Shown: positions 38,430 through 49,259 of the stretch, one piece after another
How the letters are laid out: every line of letters begins with the position of its first letter
How positions within the stretch are numbered: position 1 is the stretch's first letter
NCBI RefSeq assembly: GCF_004010195.1
Contig: NC_057720.1
Location: forward strand, 24,858,500-24,922,499
Source: Chiloscyllium plagiosum
Lineage: Eukaryota
Direction: 5' to 3'
Length of the DNA: 64,000 nucleotides
The notes under the pieces: model-generated
The model's database searches: none
What the model saw: the letters and a program-made list of their open reading frames with translations, nothing else
Told to the model about the DNA's origin: nothing
Translations under genes and position numbers: made by a program

Positions 38430-38810
38430 AAAGATTTGGTTTTATGTAGCACTTTGCAAGTAATTAAGACCTATTTTGGAGTGTAGTCACATTGCAAATT
38501 AGTTGCCACATTATTGTACTCAGTAAGCTCCCATAAGTAACAATGGCAATGACCAGGTAATTTGGCTGTTTTTTTTTTGGTGTAATATTCATTTAGCCAG
38601 GATAACTTTTTTGGGCTCTTTGAAATATTGTCATGGAATGTTTTACATCTACTCAAGCAGGCAGAAGACAGCTTTAGTTTCAGGTCTCATCCAATAGATG
38701 GCATGTCCAGCATTCTGTACTAAAATGTCAGCCTTCACTGTTGTGCTTAAACCTTGGAGTGAGATTTGAAGCCAGAATAATGAGATTCAGGACCAACTGA
38801 TCCCATAACC
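38430..38810 (-). mobile_element. DeuSINE-like SINE
   Basis: Minus strand ggctgaca..agtac..tgcc.tct.ttggatgagac..aaaac resembles the Deu core shared by AmnSINE1/SINE3/SacSINE1 (recognised from memory, not aligned). Confidence 0.6.
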
Positions 38811-39019
38811 GACAACAATGTTGGATGTTTCTGTGAATGAATTGACTGCGCTCCAATCAGTTAGCTCTCTCGTATTGCAGGCTGTGACCATTCACCCTAT
38901 CCACCCCCTGACAACCCATTGTGAGGTCAGGATACAGAAACCAATCCAATACCAAATTCTCAGCCCCTGAAGGAAAACCATGCCCTCACTGTATCGGTCA
39001 TGAAACCAAATGTAACTGG

Positions 39020-39210
39020 GCTTGGTTAGCTCAGTTGGCTAGAAGGTTGCATTGCAGAGTAACACTGACAGCATATATTCAGCTCCCACATTAGCTGAGG
39101 TTACCAGCTGCCTTAATCTTTTCCCTGCTTGAGGCATGGTGAAACCACCACCAGTCATCTCTCTCATGAGAGAGCAACTGTACAGCCTGCAAGGGCTATG
39201 GCAACTTTTA
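39020..39210 (+). mobile_element. Old tRNA-derived SINE
   Basis: A-box ttagctcagttgg followed by a degenerate SINE body. Confidence 0.5.
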
Positions 39211-40839
39211 GCTTTATCTGAGACTGTTGTTAAATCTGTGCTTCTCTCACATCCAACTAAAAGCTTGATCTTATGCATGTTCTTTTAAAAAGTCATTATT
39301 TACCACAAAAGTGACTACATTTCAAAATAGGACTTCATTGGTTATAAAGCACCTTGACTTTTCAGGTGGTCATTAAAATGCTATAAAAAAATAGAAGCCT
39401 TTCTTTTTACTAAGGTAAAAGAAAACTTTAAAATGGCGTAATTACACTTTTAGCAATTTGAAATGAAAAAAATTAAACTCTTGTTATCAAGGTGTATAAA
39501 GAAGTATGTTGAGACATAGGTAACAAAAGACAAACTAGGGTAGGATAGGACCACCAAAGGATAGATAACTGAGAAATGGTAGAAGTATTGAGTAACTAAT
39601 TCATCAGACAAGCCTCTAAAGGATGGACTTAAAAACTATTATCATAGTTGGGATAGAAAGTGAGCAAATAATTGACAAAGCTAGAAAATGTAAGAGGATA
39701 TTTCATACATCTAGCAAATAAACTGAATGGGTAAAACAGCAAAGGGATTTAGGGATATAAGTGAAAAATATATTAAAAGCAGCACTGCAGGTAAACAGCA
39801 ATACTAATAAATCACTGATATATTAGAATTAGAATTAAAAGTAGTGAAGCGATGTTAATTTTGTACAGAGCCCTGATGAGGCCACAGTTTTTGTGTTCTT
39901 GGTCTCCATTATTGGAACTGCACAAAAATAATTCCAAAACTGGAACCAGGACACTGAGATTGCAGCTATCAGAAAAGGTTCAGTAGGTTGGGTGATTGTT
40001 TGTCATAAAGAGAAGAATTAATGACTATGATAGGTATCTAAGCTTTCAGCTGGAAAGCCTGTGAGAAGCCTCTATTTTTTGGGGGGGAGCCCTACTGCAC
40101 CAAGTTCTAGTAAGACAGTTAACTGGCCGGCAGCAAGTCTTCCTCAGATCAAGAATCCCATTCACGAAGAGCTGTCAGTCAATCACCGCTCTATTAAACA
40201 TCACCATTGGGAAGTCAGTAACTCTGTGGTATAATCCCCACTGAGGCCTAGGTTAACCATTGGGTCATATAAGATATTAATAGCATAAGGTTGTCTTGGT
40301 CAGGATGCTACAGGGGGTAGGGGCAGTAAGAACAGTAGCTCTTATTGGGCTCCTCCTCCATAATGCCAGGTTACTCAATCAGGACCAACTTGAGAGCCCA
40401 TAAGCAACAACCAGCTGTGCACAGGTTTGCTTGTCATGTCCCCTTGCATGGTAAGCCTTTCCTCCACTGCTGGGTTAATACCTGTGATGATGGGTTAAAT
40501 TTCTTAACTGAACATTAATTACCCATTTAGGGGCAGAGGGCTGGGAAAGCCTTACCGTCGTGGAACGTATGAAGGTGGGGCAGAAGGCTGGTGCGGTCTC
40601 TCTACCATCCACCTATCTGGGTAGATGCTTCCCAATCCAACAGACTCAACAGGGTGAACGGCATTAAATTCTGGCCTTTTGAAATTATTAGTGACAGGAT
40701 AGACATGAAAAGAATATTTTCACTTATGGATCAGTCCAACAAAAGTGGCCATAAATATAATTTCTAATAAATACAATGAGTACAATGACAGAAATTCCTT
40801 TTCTCAAAGAATTATGTGATTATAATATGGGCATTGCAA

Positions 40840-41335
40840 CCTCTGCTATAGGAAAGATGTTAAACTTGAAAGGGTTCAAAAGAGATTAACAAGGATGTTG
40901 CTGAGATTTGAAGGGTTGCGCTATACAGAGAGATTAAATTGTCTGAGACCATTTTCTCTGGAGCATTGGTGGCTGAGGGGTGACCCCATAGATGTTCATA
41001 AAATCATGAGGGACATGGATAGGGTGCATAATCAAGGTCTTTTTCCCAGGATAAGGAAGTCTAAAGCTAGACGAGATTTAAAGTGAGAAGGGAAAGATAT
41101 TAAAGGGACCTGAGGGGTAACATTTTCACATGGGATGGTGTGTGAATGGGATGAGCTGCCAGATGAGCTTGGTGGAGGCTGGTACAATTACAACATTTAA
41201 AAGGCATCTGGATGGGTACATGAATAGGAAGAGTTTAGAGGAATGCTGGCAAATGGGACTAGATCAGTTCAGGAAATTGGTCAGCATAGACCCGTTAGAC
41301 CGAAGGGTCTATTTCCATGCTGTATAACTCTGTGA
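40840..41335 (+). mobile_element. CR1 LINE 3' end
   Basis: KLERVQKRLTRML..FSLE..LRGD; tail. Confidence 0.85.
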
Positions 41336-41717
41336 CACTGGCATTGGAAGTGGCTGACGCAAATAGTTTAAATGCTTTCAGAAGGAAACTAGACAAACAC
41401 ATGAGGTGAAAAGGAACATTATCTAGAAAGACTGAGATGAGCTGGATGGGATAGGAGGAAAATCTAGGGTATAAATAAATACCATTACAGACTAGTTAGG
41501 CCAAACGGCCTGTTTTGTGCTATATATTGTATTCAATCCCAATAGAATAACACAAATGATGGAGAACTGCAGGTTATTTTAGTTGCAGTCAGCGTCATAC
41601 CGATGACTATATCCACCCAGCACTACAAACTTACTCTAACGTTTGCAAGAATAACTGGACAAACTGAATCAGAAGGATAACATTGGCAGTGGCAAGCAGT
41701 CTACATTCTCATTATTT

Positions 41718-41932
41718 GGAGATGCCGGTGTTGGACTGGGGTGTACAAAGTTAAAAATCACACCACACCAGGTTATAGTCCAACAGGTTAATTGGAAGCA
41801 CAATAGCTTTCGGAGTGTCGCTCCATCAGGTGACTACCACCTGATGAAGGAGTGATGCTTCGAAAGCTAGTATGCTTCCAATTAAACCTGTTGGACTATA
41901 ACCTGGTGTTGTGTGATTTTTAACTTTGTACA
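41718..41932. mobile_element. Palindromic Penelope-derived mini-element (family C)
   Basis: ~90-bp inverted arms around an actac spacer; imperfect TSD tacattctcattattt (41702-41717) / tacatgctcattgttt (41929-41944). Confidence 0.85.
41838..41872 (+). ncRNA. Minimal hammerhead ribozyme core (type I, PLE-type)
   Basis: cac CTGATGA A GGAG-tgatg-CTTC GAAA GCT A gta: full conserved core, 4-bp stem II, palindromic AGCT in place of stem III, predicted cleavage after CUA (41869). Confidence 0.7.
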
Positions 41933-42429
41933 TGCTCATTGTTTTTGTCCTTGCTTTCTTCCAAACAAACATATGGAACATTGCTGCAAAACAATTTAAT
42001 AAAACCAATAATTGTTACTTGACGTAGTAGTAGCACCACCCACCACCATGTGAGAACAATGAGGTCAACCCTGCTCCAGGATTTATACGTAATTTCAGTT
42101 CAGTACAGCAGAAGAATAATGTTGCCTGACGCTGTCTTTAAAATTAGACATTAAGTTGCTTTGGACTGATATAAAATAATGCATGGTCTTAGTTGAAGAA
42201 ATATAGAAGAATTGCCTTAGCCAATAGTTAATTTTCAACGCTGCTGAAAATATAAATAATGGGACATGGATTTCATTTGTTGTGTATAGCAGCCTATTAT
42301 TCAAAATACATTTCAAAAGTAATTAGTTGGCTGTGAAACACTGGAACGTTTTAAGGACATTAAAGGCACTAGATGGTGCATTAATCACAATGGGAAAGGT
42401 AAAGCATGAGTAGTAGTTGTAGTTTCAAT

Positions 42430-45400
42430 AGGGTGAATGGCATTGAACTGAAGTAGGACCAGGACCAAGGAGATCTCTGAGAGGGTGCAGAATGTTCTCA
42501 AAAGAGAGAGGGACCAGCAGGAGGTCATTGAACATGTTGGGATAATGACATAGGAAGGGAAAAGGATGAGATTCTGAAGGGAGAATATAGAAAGTTAGGT
42601 ATGAATTTGAAAAGGAAGTCCTCAAGGGTAGTAATATCTGAATTACTCCCGATGCTATGAGCTAGTGAGGGTAGGAATTGGAGGATAGAGCAGATGAAAG
42701 AATGGCTCAGGATCCGGTGAAGAGGAGAAGGGTTCATATTTTTGGATCATTGGAATCTCTTCTGGGGTAGAGCTGTGCAAGAAGGACGATTGCACTAGAA
42801 TTGGAAGGGGAGTAATATACTGGCAGGGAAATTTGCTAGAGCTGCTCAGGAGGATTTAAACTAGTAAGGAGGAGGGGTGGGACCCAGGGAGATAGTGAGG
42901 AAAGAGATCAATGTGAGACTGGTAAAGTTGGGAAAAGGAGCGAGTCAAACAGTCAGGGCAGGCAGGAACAAAGCAGAGACCAAGGTAGGACTGATAAATT
43001 AAGCTGCATTTATTTCAATGCAAGAGGCCTAACAGGGAAGGCGGATGAACTCAGGGCATGGTTAGGAACATGGGACTGGGATATCATAGCAATTACAGAG
43101 ACGTAGCTCAGGGACGGACAGGACTGACAGCTTAATGTTCCAGATACAAATGATATAGCAAAGATAGAAAGTCGGGCAAGAGAGGATGGGGTGCAGGTAG
43201 CGTTTTTGATAAAGGATAGCATTACAGCTGTACTGAGGGAGGATATTCCAGGGAAGTTATTTTGAGTGGAACTGAGAAATAGGATAAGGGATGATTCCCT
43301 TATTGGGATTGTATTATAGACACCCCAAAAGTCAGCTGGAAATTGAGAAACAAATTTGTAAGGAGATATCAGTTATCCGTAAGAATACTAGGGTAGTTAT
43401 GTTAGGGAATTTTAACTTTTCAAACATAGACTGGGACTGCCGTAGTGTTAAGGGTTTAGATGGAGAGGAATTTGTTAAGTGTGTGCAAGAAAATTTTCTG
43501 ATTCAATATGTGGCTGTACCTACTAGAGAAGCTGCAAAACTTGACCTACTCTTGGGAAATAAGACAAGGCAGGTAACTGAGGTGTCAGTGGTGGAGCACT
43601 TTGGGGCCAGTGACGATAATTCTATTAGTTTTAAAATAGTGATGGAAAAGTATAGGCCAGATCTAAAAGTTGGAGTTATAAGTTGGAGGAAGGCCAATTT
43701 TGATGGTATTAGGCAAGAACTTTCAAAAGCTGATTGGTGGCAGATGTTCACAGGTGAAGAGACAGCTGGAAAATGGATTGCCTTCAAAAATGAGATAACG
43801 AGAGTGCAGAGAAAATATATTCCTGTTAGGGTGAAAGGCAAGGCTGGTAGGTGAGGGGAATGCTGGATGACTAGAGAAATTGAGGTTTTGGTTAAAAAAA
43901 AGAAGGAAGCATATGTCAGGTGGAGTGATGGAGTGAATCCTTAGAAGAGTATATAGATAGTAGGAGTATACAGAGTAGCATTCGATTGTTCGGTTAATCA
44001 AATTCCAGATAATCAAATGTCAGATAACATAGTTTAGCCAAGCATTGGGACCTTGCAATCTTACCGGACAATCCAATATTTGGATAATCGAATGCTGGAT
44101 AATTGAGGTTCCTCTGTACTTAAGAGGGAAATCAGGAGGGCAAAAAGGGGACATGAGACAGCTTTGACAAATAGAGTTAAGAAGAATCCAAATGGATTTT
44201 ATAAATATATTAAGGACAAAAGGGTAACTAGTGAGAGAATAGGGTCCCTCAAAGATCAACTAGGAGAAAGTGAGGACTGCAGATGCTGGAGATCAGACTC
44301 GAGAGTGTGGCGCTGGAACCTCTGTGTGGAACTAAAGGAGATGGGGGAGATACTAAACAAGTATTTTGCATCAGTGTTTACTGTGGGGAAGGACCTGGAA
44401 GAAATAGATTGTGGGGAAATAGATGGTGACATCTTGGTGTCACAAGGAATTAAGGGCTACGGGGAGAATGCGGGTAAGTGGAGTTGAAATGCCCATCAGC
44501 CATGATTGAATGGCGGAGGTGCTGGAAATCTTAAAACGCATACAAGTGGATAAATCCCCAAAACCTGATCAGGTGTACCCTTGAAGGAAGCTAGGGAGGT
44601 TGTTGCTGGGCCTCCTGATGAGATATTTGTATCATCGATAGTTATAGGTGATGTGCCGGAAGACTGGAGGTCAGCTAACGTGGTGCCACTATTTAAGAAA
44701 AGTGGTAAGGAAAAGCCAGTGAGCCTGACGTTGTTATCTGACATTTGATTATCTGGAATTTGATTAACCGAACAATCGAATGCTACTCTGTATACTCCTA
44801 CTATCTATATACTCTTCTAAGGATTCACTCCATCACTCCACCTGACATATGCTTCCTTACTTCCGCTCCTATGTCTTATGGTCTTATGGAAAAGTGTCCA
44901 TATTACAGAGGAGGAGGTGCTGGAAATCTTAAAACGCATACAAGTGGATAAATCCCCAAAACCTGATCAGGTGTACCCTTGAAGGAAGCTAGGGAGGTTG
45001 TTGCTGGGTCTCCTGATGAGATATTTGTATCATCGATAGTTATAGGTGATGTGCCGGAAGACTGGAGGTCAGCTAACGTGGTGCCACTATTTAAGAAAAG
45101 TGGTAAGGAAAAGCCAGTGAGCCTGACGTTGTTAGTGGGCAAGTTGTTGGAGGGAATCCTGAGGGACAGGATTTACATGCATTTAGAAAGGCAAGGACTG
45201 ATTAGCCACACATGGCTTTGGTGTGGGAAATCATGTCTCATGAACTTGATTGAGTTTTTTGAAGAAGTAACAAAGAGGATTGATGAGGGCAGAGCGGTGG
45301 ACATGATTTATATGGACTTAAGTAAGGCGTTCAAACAAGGTTCCTCATGGGAGACTGGTTAGCAAGGTAAGATCTCATGGAATACAGGGAGAACTAGCCA

Positions 45401-46370
45401 TTTGGATACAGAACTGACTCCAAGATAGAAGACAGTGGGCAGTGGTGGAGAGTTGGATGTGCCACAAGTGATACTACTTTTCATCATCTGTATAAATGAT
45501 TTGGATGTTAGCATACCAGGTATAGTTAGTAAGTTTGCAGATCACACTAAACTTGGAGGTGCAGTGGACAGCGAAAAAGATTACGTCAGAGTACAACAGG
45601 ATCTTGATCGGATGGGCCAGTGGACTTAGGAGTGGCAGATGGAGTTTAATTTAGATAACTGTGAGGTGCTGCATTTTGGAAAGGCAAATCAGAGCAGGAC
45701 TTACACACTTAATGTTAAGGTTCTAGGGAGTGTTGCTAAACAAAGAGACCTTGCAGTGCAGGTTTATAGTTAAATGAAAGTGGAATCGCACGTAGAAAGG
45801 AACATAAAGAAGGTGTTTTGTATGCATTCCTTTATTGGTTAGAGTACTGAGTACAGGAGTTAGGAGGTCATATTGCGGCTGTACAGGACATTGGTTAGGC
45901 CACTTTTGGAATATTGTGTGTAATTCTCGTTTCCCTTCTACCGGAAGGATTTTGTGAAACTTGAAAGGGTTCAGAAAAGATTTATGAGGATGTTGCCAGG
46001 GTTGGAGGATTTGAGCTACAGGGAGAGGCAGAATAGGCTGAGGCTATTTTCCCTGGAGCATCGGAGGTTGACGGGTGACCTTACAGAGGTTTATAAAATC
46101 ATGAAGGGCATGGATAGGGTAAATAGGCAAGGTATTTTCCCTGTGGTGGGGGAGTCCAGAACTAGAGGGTATAGGTTTAGGGTGAGAGGGGAAAAATTTG
46201 AAAGGGGACCTAAGAGGCAACTTTTTCACACAGAGGGTGATGCATGTGTATACAAAGAACTGCCAGAGGAAGTGGTGGAGACTGGTACATTTACAGCATT
46301 TAAAAGGCATCTGGATGGGTATATGAATAGGAAGGGTTTAGAGGGATATGGGCCAAATGCTGGCAAATGA
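42430..46370 (+). mobile_element. Near-full-length but disrupted CR1 LINE (ORF1 esterase end, APE, RT)
   Basis: CIYFNARGL, GLYYR.P, GNFNF..IDW, LDLLL, SDDNSISF, VPEDWRSANVVPLFKK, KFADHT and KLERVQKRF, with stops and frameshifts. Confidence 0.92.
43971..44116. mobile_element. Short MITE of the pogo/Tigger-like family
   Basis: TA|cagagtagcattcgatt ... ggataattgaggttcctctg|TA inserted in CR1. Confidence 0.78.
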
Positions 46371-47255
46371 CACCTAAATTGGAGGCGTAGTGGACAGCGA
46401 AGAAGGTTACCTCAGATTACAATGGGATCTTGATCAAATGGGCCAATGGGCTGAGGAGTGGCAGATGGAGTTTAATTTAGATAAATATGAGGTGTTGCAT
46501 TTTAGGAAAGCAAATCTTAACAGGATTTATGCACTTAATGGTAAGGTCTGAGGGAGTGTTACTGAATAAAGAGACCTTGGAGTGCAGGTTCATAGTTCCT
46601 TGAAAGTGGAGTCGCGGGTAGATAGGATAGTGAAGAAGGCATTTGGTATGCTTTCCTTTATTGGTCAGAGTATTGAGTACAGGAGTTGGGAGGTCATGTT
46701 GCGGCTGTACAGGACATTGGTTAGACCAATGCATGCAATTCTGGTCTCCTTCCTCTCAGAAGGATGTTTTGGAACTTGAAAGTGCTCAGAAAAGACTTAA
46801 AAGGATGTTGCCAGGATTGGAGGATTTGAACTATAGGGAAAGGTTGAATAGGCTAAGGCCTGGAGCGTTGGAGGCTGAGAGGTGACCTTATAGAGGTTTA
46901 TGAAATCATGAGGGGCATGGATAGGGTAAATAGACAAGGTCTTTTCCCTGGGGTGGGGGAGTTCAGAACTAGAGGGCATAAGTTTAGGGCGAGAGGAGAA
47001 AGATATAAAAGAGACCTAAGGGCAACTTTTTATGCAGAGGGTGGTGCATGTATGGAATGAGCTGCCAGAGGAAGTGGTGGAGGCTGGTATGATTGTAACA
47101 CTTCAAAGGCATCTGGATGGGTATATGAATAAGAAGGGTTTGGAGGGAAATGGGCCGGGTGCTGACAGGTCGGACTAGATTAGATTAGGATATCTGGTTG
47201 GCATGGTTGGTCCAAAGGGTCTGTTTCCGTGCTGTACATCTCTATGACTCTGTGA
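46371..47255 (+). mobile_element. Second CR1 3' half, tandem to the previous one
   Basis: Repeats the RT C-terminal region (QVHSSLKVES..YRSWEVMLRLYRTLVRP) and ends in a ctctatgact tail. Confidence 0.9.
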
Positions 47256-47589
47256 TTCTAATAAGATCTGTTTAAACAAATAAATCATTAATGTAGTACA
47301 AACTTTACACCTCTTAATTAAATGACTGTGCCGACTAAAGTAGATTGTTTGAACATTGAACGAACATGTTTGGAGAGTCTGATGAAATCTATATGATTGC
47401 TTTTCTTTGCATTTTTCAGGGAGTGGCAGTCATGCAGGTATTTGATAACATACCACAGATGGGTGAGTTACAGAATCAATTCTTTAATGATTCAATTTCA
47501 GTGGAAATTTACACAAAGTCACTTGAAAAGTTTATATTAACAAAAGGAAACAGTATAATTTCATTTGTATCCAGGTAGAGATTTGGTAG

Positions 47590-48335
47590 ACTGGAACTCA
47601 AAGAGTACTTGCAGTATGTCCACTACTCTGCCCCATTTTCCTTTCTTGACTGTAGCTATTTTTCTTATTCCCTTTCCCCTCTCTCCCCATCCTCATATGT
47701 TCCAGAAGCTTATTTGATATCTTTGGATGATCTCACTGTTTTGGTGACTTTTAGTTGCTTATGCTATCCCACCCTCCACCCCTTCCTCTTGCACACCTGA
47801 TCAAATCTCTATCCTACACTAAGCCTAAACTTTAATATCTATACTGTGTCTTTCAGCTCCCCCTATTTCCTCACCAAATCTTCTATCCCCATGAGACTTA
47901 TCTGCTGTTCCCTTGATCCCATTCCAATTAAGGTTGTGACTACCCAACTCCCCGTCTTGGCCCATTTTGTAAATTATTCCCTTAGGTCAGATAAGCCTTC
48001 TCTCTTCAAACAGCCATAATTACTCCCCTTATTGAGGGAAAACTTTGCATTATTGCAAACTGCTCCATCATCTTCGATCTTCCATTCCCATTCAAGAGCC
48101 TTGAATGTGTGTCACCTTTCAAACCTATACCTATCAATCCTGCAGCTCCCTACCTAAAGCACTCCAAGCAGCTTTCTGCAACAATACCTCCTCCAGCAAC
48201 AATACCTCCTCCCCACAATTCCACACCCACTGCACCAAACTTACCCTAATCAAAGTCACAAGTTGAATCCTCAATATCTTTGCAGCCTTTGATACAGTTC
48301 AACTAAAAGATTTTTCTGCAAAGCCTGTCCATTGG
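47590..48335 (+). mobile_element. Degenerate L2-clade LINE RT fragment
   Basis: Pyrimidine-rich; ctcaatatctttgcagcctttgatacagtt resembles L(D)LSAAFDTV; an AIITPL-like motif upstream. Confidence 0.55.
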
Positions 48336-48542
48336 TTTGATTTATTACCATGTGTATTTATTACAAATACAGTGAAAAGTGTTGTTTAGTTGAACCATAA
48401 ACCACTCTGGCACCACCATAAACCACAGAAAATAAACCAAACACAGAATGTAAAGGTCTAAAAACAAAACAATAAAGTTCACCTTATAGTCTTATCTTAA
48501 TAAAATTAGGTGATCTTTGGAACAGGTCCTGTTTCTAGCTCA

Positions 48543-48803
48543 AAATGTGTTGCTGGAAAAGCGCAGCAGGTCAGGCAGCATCCAAGGAACAGGAGAATCG
48601 ACGTTTCGGGCATAAGCCCTTCTTCAGGAATGAGGAAAGAAGGGCTTATGCCCCTGAAGAAGGGCTTATGCCCTTGTGCTCCTGAAGAAGGGCTTATGCC
48701 CAAAATGTCGATTCTCCTGTTCCTTGGATGCTGCCTGACCTGCTGCGCTTTTCCAGCAACACATTTTCAGCTCTGATCTCCAGCATCTGCAGTCCTCACT
48801 TCC
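48543..48803. mobile_element. Palindromic Penelope-derived mini-element (family B)
   Basis: TSD tcctgtttctagctca at 48527-48542 and 48804-48819; inverted arms; triple stem-II stutter at the centre. Confidence 0.88.
48598..48629 (-). ncRNA. Minimal hammerhead ribozyme core (type I, PLE-type)
   Basis: Minus strand tc CTGAAGA A GGGC-ttat-GCCC GAAA CGT C ga: intact core, 4-bp stem II, palindromic ACGT in place of stem III, predicted cleavage after GUC (48600). Confidence 0.72.
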
Positions 48804-49259
48804 TCCTGTTTCTAGCTCAGCCAAGGGCATGGAATTGGGGTCATCCACCCTGTTACCTTGAGTCCCTGCTGTTAAACTGACATCTCTGCTGCAACAGTGC
48901 ACAAAGAGTCCCAGCTCTCCGAGACCATCTCACCTTCACCAGCGCTGCCGCCATGAGTTCACGCTGGGCTGACCTTGCCGAGGCAGCCCATGCCACAAAG
49001 TCCTGCGCTGGGACCAAATTCTGCTGCCAACTCCGCCATCAGATGGCTGGGTCTGGAGCCTCAGCTCAGCCTGCAAACCTGAACTGGGGGATTAAGCCTG
49101 GAACCTGCTCCTCCCACGCTCAAAAAATCAGGTTGAGGAGGAGCCATGTCTGCCTTGTCCTGACATTGCTGCCGGATGTCTTCTCCTTTGTCATTCACTT
49201 GGACTAATTTAAACTGTGGAGAGACAGAGGCCTACCAGTAATGTTACTGGACTGCAGTG

